The notes below the pieces were generated by a model. The model searched no databases, was not told the origin of the DNA, and worked only from the letters and a program-made list of their open reading frames with translations. Below are positions 44,238 through 52,767 of a stretch of DNA of 56,463 nt, piece after piece (position 1 is the first letter of the stretch; each line of letters opens with the position of its first letter). Source of the DNA: a virus (lineage: Duplodnaviria > Caudoviricetes); IMG/VR virus record IMGVR_UViG_3300025400_000023, positions 1 to 56,463 of that record, one strand, 5' to 3'. The translations under genes and the position numbers were made by a program.

Positions 44238-46729
44238 TTATTCCCCCCATTCTGTTGACCACTCTTGGCCACATTTAGAAGTGCATTGATCGCCGCTTCA
44301 TGTTCGGCTTGTCTCATCTTCTGAGCGTGGGCTTGCTCATTCATTGCCAGTTCTTGTCTGTGCGATTGAACCGATTGTTGCAATTCCAACTGGTGAGCTT
44401 GCGCTGCTTGCTGCATCTGCTGAGCTTTTGCTTGCGCTTCCATTACTGGATTCTTACCCTGAGACTGCTGACTCTTCAATTGCAACTCTGCCTGTCTGAT
44501 TTGCAAATCGCCCTGCACTTTCATCTGTGCAATCTGATTTTTCTGCGCCTCAAGTTGCAGCTCTTGCTGCTGCATCTGAATGAGAGGATCTTGTGCTTGC
44601 TGCTGAGCCTGTTGTTGTGCTGCTTGTGACTTGCTTTGTTGCAGAACTTGCTGAGATGCCTGCGCCACAAGTCTAGACAATTGCAATTCCATCTCTGGCG
44701 GCATGTCCTGATCGGGAGCTGGCAACTGAGCACCGTACGCATCCTCGATTTTTTTCCTGTAAGCAAACGCCAAATGCTCTGCAATGTGGCTCTGAATAGC
44801 CGCTTGCATGGTCTGGGCCTGTGGATTTTGACCAATTTGTGCCGCCATTAATGGGTCTTGCAACAATGCAGTATGCACCGCAATATGTGCATCATGGTCC
44901 TGATAAATGAACGCTTTTGTCGGTTTTCCGTTCAAAAACGCCATATTTTCGCTCACAGGATCCCTTGGATGCTGATCATCTTCGGTCGGAACCAGCTTAT
45001 CTGCGTTCTTTATCCCCAAAACTTCGATCATTTGGCGGTGTAATTGGGGCAAATTGTAGATCTGAGGGGCCTGCTGAGACAGTTGAATCACCGCCTGATA
45101 CTGCATAATCCTCTGTGCCATCGTAGAACTGTTAGGATCGCTAACAGGAATCACCTCTACAATGTCGTAATCCTCTTTTTTCGCCTTTCTCTCCCCACCA
45201 TCAGGTACATATTCGTACTCTTTGGGGCTGAAATCCCGAATAATGTCCTTCAATAATTTGAATTCCTGCTTCATTGAGTAATGAACACGGGCTTGCACCG
45301 CACTCATCGTCTTCAACTGGCGCTCTAACAACGCTAAAGTTGTGCCAACAGGACTGTTTGCGCTCATATCAGACACGTTCATGTCCGCAATAGAGCCTAA
45401 TCTTCTACCTTCTTCAGTAATCTTATCCAATAAACCAGATAATACTTGGCTCGGCTCCTTATAAGGAAGCGTCATAATATTATCTTTAATCGAGCCAGAC
45501 GGAACATCTACGTCCCTGAACTCTCCCGGTGCAATAGGAGTATCGTCTCCTTTGACCCTCAACCCCCTAGACTTTAATCCACCAGGTAAATTACTTAAAG
45601 TACCAGCATCAATAAGCTGTCTAATGAGGGAAGTACCCGCACGAGCATACCCACCAATAAGATGTATGTACCCAAAACCGTAAGCACCAAAACCAGGTAT
45701 GTAATCGTACTGAACAAAATGCTGCCTCTTTAAACGTTTCTTGTCTGTCTTCTTCCAATTCCTATAAATAGATAAAACCTTATTGGTCCCCCTATCTATA
45801 GTAATAATATAAGGCAAAGCTATGCCATCCTCATCTTCAAATCCCGGCAAGTCATAGTCTACCTGAATTTCAAACATCTGATAACGGTCATCGTCCGTTA
45901 CCGAATACCCCTGATCCTCGGCCTTCTTCTTCTCCACATCCGTATGGATCTGTACAGGCTCTCCCAAATCCACATCTACATAAAAGCCCGCAACCTGTAA
46001 CTTCTTGATCTCGTTCTTTGTCTTCCTCATAATATGAGTGACACGCTCAGAAGTCCTAGCCCCACTCGATCCATAAGGAATGATCACATCCTCAGCAGGA
46101 ACAAATATAGCCGTCTGTCTTCCTAAACTAGGATCGTAATAAACCTTCTTAAATGCAGAGCCAGCAAGACCTAAATTAAACAACATCCTCTCATGCTCTG
46201 GCCTGTACTCATGCATTACATCAGTCAACTGGTAATTCATGTCCTGCCTGACTCTCTCCGCCGCATCTTCCTTTAACTTATTAATAGCACCCATGATCTC
46301 AGTCTTCACAGGCCCAGCCGCAGGAAAAGTCTCTAATATTGTCTCACTCTGAAACCTCACCGCCGCTTCAGTCAAAATTGTGCTAAATACACCACACGCA
46401 CCATTCCACGGCTCAGTTCTCTCCTCATATTTCATGCCAAGAACCTCTAGTCCCCGCACAAACATCTCTACCCAATCCTTCCTAGAATTAATGTCGCTCT
46501 CAACCTCACTCACCAAATCATAGCCAATACTAGCCAATGTGCCATCATCAATGTGCTCAGCTAAATTAGAGTCAAATTCATCATCCTTTTCCTCACTCTG
46601 CCTAGGGTCCAAATCAATCGTCACCCCATCACTAGGATCTTCCTTCTCCTCCTCAATCTCAATCTCTACATTCTCATCAGGCAAGGAACCCAGTCCCTGT
46701 GGTGCTTGGTATAGTGCGCTATCAATCAT
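44234..46729 (-). CDS. portal protein
   Basis: 831 aa directly after terL; FDSNLAE...GSAFKKVYYD...LRQLIDAGTLSNLP; Gln-rich barrel-like C-terminus. Confidence 0.9.
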   Translation of the reverse strand: MIDSALYQAPQGLGSLPDENVEIEIEEEKEDPSDGVTIDLDPRQSEEKDDEFDSNLAEHIDDGTLASIGYDLVSEVESDINSRKDWVEMFVRGLEVLGMKYEERTEPWNGACGVFSTILTEAAVRFQSETILETFPAAGPVKTEIMGAINKLKEDAAERVRQDMNYQLTDVMHEYRPEHERMLFNLGLAGSAFKKVYYDPSLGRQTAIFVPAEDVIIPYGSSGARTSERVTHIMRKTKNEIKKLQVAGFYVDVDLGEPVQIHTDVEKKKAEDQGYSVTDDDRYQMFEIQVDYDLPGFEDEDGIALPYIITIDRGTNKVLSIYRNWKKTDKKRLKRQHFVQYDYIPGFGAYGFGYIHLIGGYARAGTSLIRQLIDAGTLSNLPGGLKSRGLRVKGDDTPIAPGEFRDVDVPSGSIKDNIMTLPYKEPSQVLSGLLDKITEEGRRLGSIADMNVSDMSANSPVGTTLALLERQLKTMSAVQARVHYSMKQEFKLLKDIIRDFSPKEYEYVPDGGERKAKKEDYDIVEVIPVSDPNSSTMAQRIMQYQAVIQLSQQAPQIYNLPQLHRQMIEVLGIKNADKLVPTEDDQHPRDPVSENMAFLNGKPTKAFIYQDHDAHIAVHTALLQDPLMAAQIGQNPQAQTMQAAIQSHIAEHLAFAYRKKIEDAYGAQLPAPDQDMPPEMELQLSRLVAQASQQVLQQSKSQAAQQQAQQQAQDPLIQMQQQELQLEAQKNQIAQMKVQGDLQIRQAELQLKSQQSQGKNPVMEAQAKAQQMQQAAQAHQLELQQSVQSHRQELAMNEQAHAQKMRQAEHEAAINALLNVAKSGQQNGGNK

Positions 46730-46738
46730 TTAATCACC

Positions 46739-48223
46739 TTAATAGTAAACGTGCTTCTTACGGAAATACACCTCTTCATCCGCTTCATCAGATTCCAATC
46801 GTATAAATCCACCTTGCCTAAATCGAATAAGCGCCTGAACAGAACTGTCCACCAAGTCATCGTGGTCCCCGTTCGGAAACGATGCCATCTCCTCAACCAC
46901 TTCAGCCGCCCATCTCGTGTCTGGACACCATACTTTACCTGACTTGAACAAATCCGTCACGCTATTCAATCGAACAAATTTGTCATTACCCCGACTCGGA
47001 GTATATTCGCTCACCACAATCCCCATCTGTCTTAACTCATAAATCAACGGACTACCCGCCGCTTTCGCCTCAATCACAAACGCATCAGGACTCCATTCCT
47101 TATACATCTCAAATGCCATCTGCTTCAACTCTGGAAACTCCATCCTCTTCTTAAACGCATCCAACAAAACAATATTTACATTCTTCGGATCCTCGTTCAA
47201 GTGAAACACCCCCCATGTCGTACACGCAGAATAGTCACTCCTCTCATTCTTCGTAAACGCAGTATCCCAACTCTGAATAATAAACTCACACGGAGGCGGC
47301 CTGTCATTCTCCCACACTTGCCACCACTCCCTCTTCACCAACGCACCCTCTTCCCCCGTAGGCGTCTGCTGATACTGAGCATTCCACTTCGCTGGCGGCA
47401 ACTCCTCCCTCAACGCCTCCAACTCCCTCAAACTCCAAAACTCTGGCCACAACGGATTACCACTCGGCATGATCGCAGGCAACTCAATCACCTCCCACTC
47501 CTCCGTCTTATCCCTCTGCGCCGCATCCCGAATAATCCTACCCGTTAAATCCCTATCCCCCCACCTCGTCATCACAATCACAATACTTCCACCCGGCTGC
47601 AAACGCTGCCTAGGCCCAGACGTATACCACTCATACACCCTATCAAATACACTCGGGTCCCCCAGTGCCGCCTCCTGCTCACTATGCGGATCATCAATAA
47701 TAAGTAAATCCGCACCCTTACCCGTTACCGTACCACCCACACCAATCGCAAAATATTCCCCATTCTTATTAGTAGACCAACGTCCCGCCGCCTTACTATC
47801 CTGCCTCAAGCTCACCTCTGGAAACACCGTCTTATAGTGCTCACTTCCCACCAAGTTCCTAACCTTCCTACCAAAACCCACCGCCAGCTCAGCAGTATTC
47901 GAACACTGAATCACCTTCTTATTCGGAAACTTACCCAAAAACCAACTCGGCAACAAGTAACTCGCAAACTCCGACTTCGTATGCCTAGGCGCCATATTGA
48001 TAATCAACCTCTTACTCTCACCCCTAGCAATCGCCTCAAACTTCTTCGCCATCACACTATGATGCCTACCCGCCACAAACCCAGGCCACATCATCTTCAC
48101 ATAATCCATAAACCCCTCTTGCGCCTTCTCCCTCTCCACACTCGCCCTCAACCCCACAACCTTCTCCATAAAGGCCGCATATTCCCCCTCATCCAAACTC
48201 CCCAACAATTCCTCTAGCGTCAT
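46739..48223 (-). CDS. terL: terminase large subunit
   Basis: INMAPRHTKS (Walker A-like), LLIIDDP (Walker B), VMTRW, QSWDTA, IEAKAAG, HDDLVDS. Confidence 0.95.
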   Translation of the reverse strand: MTLEELLGSLDEGEYAAFMEKVVGLRASVEREKAQEGFMDYVKMMWPGFVAGRHHSVMAKKFEAIARGESKRLIINMAPRHTKSEFASYLLPSWFLGKFPNKKVIQCSNTAELAVGFGRKVRNLVGSEHYKTVFPEVSLRQDSKAAGRWSTNKNGEYFAIGVGGTVTGKGADLLIIDDPHSEQEAALGDPSVFDRVYEWYTSGPRQRLQPGGSIVIVMTRWGDRDLTGRIIRDAAQRDKTEEWEVIELPAIMPSGNPLWPEFWSLRELEALREELPPAKWNAQYQQTPTGEEGALVKREWWQVWENDRPPPCEFIIQSWDTAFTKNERSDYSACTTWGVFHLNEDPKNVNIVLLDAFKKRMEFPELKQMAFEMYKEWSPDAFVIEAKAAGSPLIYELRQMGIVVSEYTPSRGNDKFVRLNSVTDLFKSGKVWCPDTRWAAEVVEEMASFPNGDHDDLVDSSVQALIRFRQGGFIRLESDEADEEVYFRKKHVYY

Positions 48224-48441
48224 TTGTAATTCCTAAACTTAATATATACAGGCCGAACAGATCTCTTCCCATCTATCCTCTTTACAACCCCCAACTTCAC
48301 CAACCTATCAATCATCTTCTTAACCCCCGCTAACCCACTCACACCCCTCATCTGTGCTATCTCCCGATACGAAGGACTAAACCCAAACTTCCTCCAATAC
48401 TCCTCAATAATCTCATAAACCTCACTCTGCTTCTCAGTCAT
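48220..48441 (-). CDS. LexA-type winged-HTH DNA-binding protein (no protease domain)
   Basis: MTEKQSEVYEII...GFSPSYREIA...V..MIDRLVKLG...RSVR. Confidence 0.78.
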   Translation of the reverse strand: MTEKQSEVYEIIEEYWRKFGFSPSYREIAQMRGVSGLAGVKKMIDRLVKLGVVKRIDGKRSVRPVYIKFRNYK

Positions 48442-48486
48442 TTCCCATCTCCATATATATATACCCCCTATGGGACCCAAACACTT

Positions 48487-49185
48487 TTATAAGGGGGGGC
48501 CTTCCGTAGGGTATTCTAGAACCGTTCTAGAATGCAAATTTTCTGGTGGTTGTTTGTGTGGAATACTATGCGGAAAATTTTGGGACTCCTGCTGCGCATC
48601 TTGGGGGGTGCCGCCCGGGTGGGGGTCGCCCGTGAGCTCGTCCAGCAGCGAACGCGCCTGCACGTCAACGATATCCGAATCAACCTTCACACCCATCAAC
48701 TTGCGTATTTCATCCAATATCTGATCGCGCGCGACCTTAGAACTAACCGGCTTACTCGATTCCGTTATTGGTTTAAATAAATCTACGCCAGCAATCTCGC
48801 CGATTACCTTTGACGCCTGGATCCGGTCGCTGTGGCGCGCATCGTCATCGAGTAATACGCGGGTTAACGAATCCACCACTAAGGCCCTTAAGTGTCCAGC
48901 GGAACGATATTCCGCAGCTTCCATTGCCGCCTTTACTCTTTCTATTTCAAGGGCAACCACAGGCTTAGCTGCAAGCCTGGCAGCATCAGCACCCACAGCA
49001 CGCGGGTTTGCCTTTGTGTTATACGCTTTCCGGTATGCATTAGACTTAGTTTCCCCTTTGATTACATGCTCAGTGACGAAACGCTTTTGCTTAGGTGTTA
49101 GCTCTTTAGCTCTTCCCTTATTCAGTACTGCTTTAATTGGCAGCTGTTCCAGGCCTTCTTTTATCTGTTCCCGGGTTAACTTCAT
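48487..49185 (-). CDS. terS: terminase small subunit
   Basis: LTPKQKRFV...SNAYRKAY...AARLAAKPVVALEI; upstream of terL. Confidence 0.8.
   Translation of the reverse strand: MKLTREQIKEGLEQLPIKAVLNKGRAKELTPKQKRFVTEHVIKGETKSNAYRKAYNTKANPRAVGADAARLAAKPVVALEIERVKAAMEAAEYRSAGHLRALVVDSLTRVLLDDDARHSDRIQASKVIGEIAGVDLFKPITESSKPVSSKVARDQILDEIRKLMGVKVDSDIVDVQARSLLDELTGDPHPGGTPQDAQQESQNFPHSIPHKQPPENLHSRTVLEYPTEGPPL
48513..48533. promoter_or_regulatory. 21-bp palindrome ATTCTAGAAC-C-GTTCTAGAAT (copy 2)
   Basis: 22/23 identity with 862-884; lies in the terS 3' end upstream of the LexA-like gene. Confidence 0.55.
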
Positions 49186-49334
49186 TTTGACTGCTCCGCT
49201 TCGCTGTTATCCTGGGCCCGATTATAGGTGAACAAAAAGAGAAACTGCAACACTTAGCCCGCATTTATCCATTATTACTTAGATGAAGAATGCAATATTA
49301 GGGTTTTCCCCTAGAAAATAATTAAAAATAAGTG

Positions 49335-49363
49335 TTGACAAGTGTAAAACGATGCAATACTAT
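49335..49363 (+). promoter_or_regulatory. strong sigma70 early promoter
   Basis: TTGACA-17 bp-TACTAT with an AT-rich UP-like tract at 49314-49331. Confidence 0.8.
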
Positions 49364-49408
49364 GCACTCACTTGCAAATAATTGCAGGCAACTACAAAGG
49401 ATAACAAA

Positions 49409-49594
49409 ATGAATATTTCAATGATGAAAGACGAACAAATTAAAAACATACCCTTTGGAACTCGAGTAACAACGGGTAATGACACTTATGGGATTTTCCT
49501 GGGTGTTAATTCGAAAGGCGTCCAAGTTATTGCATATGAGGATAAATTAACTGAAGAGTATTTAACCGGGTTAATTGAATATTCTAAAAAGTAA
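49409..49594 (+). CDS. early hypothetical protein
   Basis: AAGGA RBS, start MNISM. Confidence 0.65.
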   Translation: MNISMMKDEQIKNIPFGTRVTTGNDTYGIFLGVNSKGVQVIAYEDKLTEEYLTGLIEYSKK

Positions 49595-49606
49595 AAGGAC
49601 CTAACC

Positions 49607-49792
49607 ATGAATCAATCACAGAAAAGAGAAATTATCAAACTCCACGCCATGCATACACTTGGAATGAATGACACCATTGCGCGCAGCTTATCCGCTTTAA
49701 TCCGTTCCGCCATGACAAAAAAGCAAATAACAGAATTGATGCAATACGCCGCCGCCTTTAACGTAACCACTCACCCCGACTTCATTATCTAA
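49607..49792 (+). CDS. early hypothetical protein
   Basis: ARSLSALIRSA; AAGGACCTAACC leader. Confidence 0.7.
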   Translation: MNQSQKREIIKLHAMHTLGMNDTIARSLSALIRSAMTKKQITELMQYAAAFNVTTHPDFII

Positions 49793-49802
49793 GGACCTAA
49801 CC

Positions 49803-50063
49803 ATGAACGATTTAACAATTGACACAATCAGCAGCATCGCAGCGTTTATGCATCATGAAAACCTCAAATCAAAGTATATAGCCTTAGCCACAAAACAGCT
49901 TAAGCCTGGCAAGTATTACAAAATCGACAAATCGTTAATCATTGACGCCGCCAGTGTAAAAACAACCGAGCAGCTGCAGGAATCGATTAACCGAATCAAG
50001 GCCGCCCAGCAAGTAACCCAGCAGGAAATTAACCAGCACTCACAGTTTAAGCCGCTTAAGTGA
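49803..50063 (+). CDS. early hypothetical protein
   Basis: Same AAGGACCTAACC leader. Confidence 0.65.
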   Translation: MNDLTIDTISSIAAFMHHENLKSKYIALATKQLKPGKYYKIDKSLIIDAASVKTTEQLQESINRIKAAQQVTQQEINQHSQFKPLK

Positions 50064-50068
50064 ATTCT

Positions 50069-50091
50069 ATAAGCCCATGCTGTGGGCTTAT
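50069..50091. other. intergenic hairpin ATAAGCCCA-TGCTG-TGGGCTTAT
   Basis: Perfect 9-bp stem, no U-tract. Confidence 0.55.
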
Positions 50092-50136
50092 GGGGCAACA
50101 CTTCGCCCGGCAACTAACCAAAAAGGATAACTAATC

Positions 50137-50610
50137 ATGGGATGGACCTCTTACACAATTGGGCGAAACCAAAAAACCGCGGACGTGCTGCAGCGCGAAT
50201 TGACCCAGGACAGCGCCCAGGGCACGCGCTGGGAAGTAATCGACCACAGCATGGCCGGCAACACTTACTATGCAATCATTAAACGCACCGAAACCACCGG
50301 CGCCACTATGTACTATGGAATGGTGGTCCTAACTGAACGCCGCGCCAGCTATTCGCGCGACACCGTAGAATTTTATTTCAAAGACATGACCGAGGACATG
50401 GGACCACACTATTATGACATGCCCGCGCGCATGCTCAATAAGCTGGACCAGCTTTCCCCCAATCCCACCGGATACGCCAAAACTTGGCGCGAAAGCTGCC
50501 GCGAACACTTGGCCAGGAAATCACAAAAGGCCGCACAACGCCGCCAAATCAAAAAGCAGCAGCTGGAGCGCCTGGCCGCTTTAATCCCCCAGTACTTCAA
50601 GGCCGCATAA
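50137..50610 (+). CDS. DUF6927-like early protein
   Basis: MGW N-terminus and YFKDMTEDMGP.YYD.P...L...YAKTWRESC. Confidence 0.65.
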   Translation: MGWTSYTIGRNQKTADVLQRELTQDSAQGTRWEVIDHSMAGNTYYAIIKRTETTGATMYYGMVVLTERRASYSRDTVEFYFKDMTEDMGPHYYDMPARMLNKLDQLSPNPTGYAKTWRESCREHLARKSQKAAQRRQIKKQQLERLAALIPQYFKAA

Positions 50611-50611
50611 C

Positions 50612-50797
50612 ATGAAAACAATTCAAATCCAAATCCGCGAACAATACGGGCAACTAGTCGCACACCCAGCATGCGAGCAGGCAAAAATTTTTGCTGCTAT
50701 TGCCAAAACCAAAACCCTAACCCGCGAAACCCTCACACAAATCCAGGCCTTGGGCTATACGATCCAGGAAACCAATCCCCTCACAATGAAAGCTTAA
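50612..50797 (+). CDS. early hypothetical protein
   Basis: YGQ...PACEQAKIFAAIAKTKTLT...LGY. Confidence 0.7.
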   Translation: MKTIQIQIREQYGQLVAHPACEQAKIFAAIAKTKTLTRETLTQIQALGYTIQETNPLTMKA

Positions 50798-50800
50798 ACA

Positions 50801-50947
50801 ATGGATATCTTAATTTTAATTTTCTCTTTTCTTTTAACCGCCTTATCCGGTTATTTGATTTTTATCGGCTTATCAATTCCCGCACTGTTCCCACTGGCCG
50901 CCGCCATTATGGGATTTTGCATTGTCCATCAAGGTGAAAACACATGA
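50801..50947 (+). CDS. 48-aa two-TM membrane protein
   Basis: Translated by hand: MDILILIFSFLLTALSGYLIFIGLSIPALFPLAAAIMGFCIVHQGENT; ATGA overlap with the next gene. Confidence 0.65.
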   Translation: MDILILIFSFLLTALSGYLIFIGLSIPALFPLAAAIMGFCIVHQGENT

Positions 50948-51621
50948 AATACCATTACATTAACAAATCAGAAAACCGTAAAACCGGACCAATCCCAACC
51001 ACCTACAGCGAACGCGGCACATGCCCGCCCAGCTGCCCGCATTACTTGGCCGATTGTTATGGTGAAGACTATTTTACCCGGCTTAATTGGAACAAGGTCC
51101 CAAGCCGCGGCGTAGATATCCAGGCACTTATCAAACAAATTGAAAACATGAAACCGGGCCAGCTGTGGCGCCACAATGTTGCCGGTGACTTACCCGGCGC
51201 CGGTGAAACTGTGGACCCGGCCGCCCTGGGTGAAATTGTCCGCGCGAACATTGGCCGCCGCGGGTTTACATACACCCATAAAAAAACACCCGAGGCATTG
51301 AAGTGGATTACTTACGCCAACTTATGGGGCTTTACTATTAACCTATCCGCGGATGATGCTGGAGAGGCCGACACCCTGGCCGCAACCGGCCTGCCAACTG
51401 TGTGCATTGTGCCCAGCGACACGCCACAGCACACCACCACACCCCAGGGCCGCTCAATTACTGTATGCCCGGCCCAGGTTAAAGAGTACATGACCTGCGC
51501 AGTGTGCCAGCTGTGCCAAAAGGCCGACCGAAAAACGATAATTGGATTCAGAGCACACGGGACCCGTGCAAAATTAACCGACCAACGCGCCCGCCGCGTT
51601 ATCCCAATCGTGAAAGGGTAA
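50944..51621 (+). CDS. Cys-rich phage protein (Gp88/radical-SAM-like, uncertain)
   Basis: NRKTGPIP...TCPPSCP...CY, RHNVAGD, FTYTH, INLS, CPAQ...TCAVCQLC...IGFRAHG. Confidence 0.6.
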   Translation: MKYHYINKSENRKTGPIPTTYSERGTCPPSCPHYLADCYGEDYFTRLNWNKVPSRGVDIQALIKQIENMKPGQLWRHNVAGDLPGAGETVDPAALGEIVRANIGRRGFTYTHKKTPEALKWITYANLWGFTINLSADDAGEADTLAATGLPTVCIVPSDTPQHTTTPQGRSITVCPAQVKEYMTCAVCQLCQKADRKTIIGFRAHGTRAKLTDQRARRVIPIVKG

Positions 51622-51624
51622 ACC

Positions 51625-51846
51625 ATGATTAAAACAATGCGCGCAAAATACCCCGGCCGCTGCAGCAAAACCGGCGCCGCTTTCCAGGCCGGGGCCGCCA
51701 TCAATTACGACACCAAAACCCGCCGGGCTTTCCTGGCGCCGCCTGGATTAGTCATAACGTACAACGAAGGCCGCCCCCAGTACTTTATACGCAACACCCG
51801 CGGCCGCTGTATCGATGCGCCCTGCTGTGGATGCTGCACAATTTAA
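51625..51846 (+). CDS. small Cys-rich early protein
   Basis: AKYPGRC...RNTRGRCIDAPCCGCCT. Confidence 0.72.
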   Translation: MIKTMRAKYPGRCSKTGAAFQAGAAINYDTKTRRAFLAPPGLVITYNEGRPQYFIRNTRGRCIDAPCCGCCTI

Positions 51847-51860
51847 AAGGATTTAAAACA

Positions 51861-52067
51861 ATGGATTACTCAAACGATTCCGACCTATTAACACACGCCT
51901 TGGAACAAACCGCACGCCGGGCCGCCCAGGCCCTTAAACGCGGCCAATGCTCACACGGGTGGATTAAAACGGAAAACTATTCCCGGATTGTGTGCCTGGA
52001 TTGTGGCCAAGTATTCAAAAGCAGCGCCGAGCACGAGCAGGCCCGCGCCGATGTATTGGACCTATAA
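51861..52067 (+). CDS. small zinc-finger protein
   Basis: CSHGW...CLDCG; AAGGA RBS. Confidence 0.65.
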   Translation: MDYSNDSDLLTHALEQTARRAAQALKRGQCSHGWIKTENYSRIVCLDCGQVFKSSAEHEQARADVLDL

Positions 52068-52076
52068 GGGGAAAAC

Positions 52077-52253
52077 ATGTTAGAAAAAAAACTTTACTTT
52101 GTTTCAGTTAGCTGTTTCGTCACAAAAGAAGTGCACATTCACGCAACTTCAGAAGAGGAAGCCGCAAGCTTAGCAATTGCAAACTTTACGCCAGAATCGG
52201 ACGAAGACACGATTGACTACAGCGAAAGAATAAATTTTATCGAAGAACTTTAA
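52077..52253 (+). CDS. 58-aa acidic early protein
   Basis: Translated by hand: MLEKKLYFVSV...HATSEEEAASLA...EEL. Confidence 0.6.
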   Translation: MLEKKLYFVSVSCFVTKEVHIHATSEEEAASLAIANFTPESDEDTIDYSERINFIEEL

Positions 52254-52264
52254 AAGGAAAAACC

Positions 52265-52648
52265 ATGGGATTCACAAGTAAAACATGCGCCAAAACACAC
52301 AAGCCGATAGTAAATATTTACAAAGGATTTCCGGCGCTGCACACCATAGCAGCACTCACACCGGACGGGAAAATTTTAACCGGCCCATACGATGGATATG
52401 GCCGCGTTAATGATGAAGATATCCTGGACTGGACCAAGGCCAGCGCCCGCGACTGGGATAAAATTAAATTCGTTTTATTGTCAAATTATGCCGGTGAAAA
52501 GTACCAGGACCTAGGACCAAGCAAAACCGAACTAGGCCAAGGTTATTTTATGAGCAATCAATTTTTAATATTTTGCATGCAGCGCGAAAGCTTTAAAAAT
52601 TACGCCGAATATAAAAAATATTTCAAAAAGCTGGCCGGGTGGTTATGA
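52265..52648 (+). CDS. early hypothetical protein
   Basis: MGFTSKTCAK...GPYDGYGR...QGYF. Confidence 0.72.
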   Translation: MGFTSKTCAKTHKPIVNIYKGFPALHTIAALTPDGKILTGPYDGYGRVNDEDILDWTKASARDWDKIKFVLLSNYAGEKYQDLGPSKTELGQGYFMSNQFLIFCMQRESFKNYAEYKKYFKKLAGWL

Positions 52649-52767
52649 GGACCCAGGCCCAACGCGAACAACAAGCAGCAGCCGGGGCCCGATTTATCGC
52701 AGCCCTGGCCGCCTGGCTTATTTTCTATGCTTTAATATCAGCGGCGCGAGCCCTTGCGATAACCTAA
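52645..52767 (+). CDS. possible 40-aa single-TM protein
   Basis: ATGA-coupled ORF MRTQAQ...FIAALAAWLIFYALISAA; overlaps the primase 3' end on the opposite strand. Confidence 0.4.
   Translation: MRTQAQREQQAAAGARFIAALAAWLIFYALISAARALAIT

Noticed and set aside
47201-48217. Pro/His/Leu-rich + strand ORFs opposite terL
   Set aside because: By-product of the C-rich, stop-poor + strand
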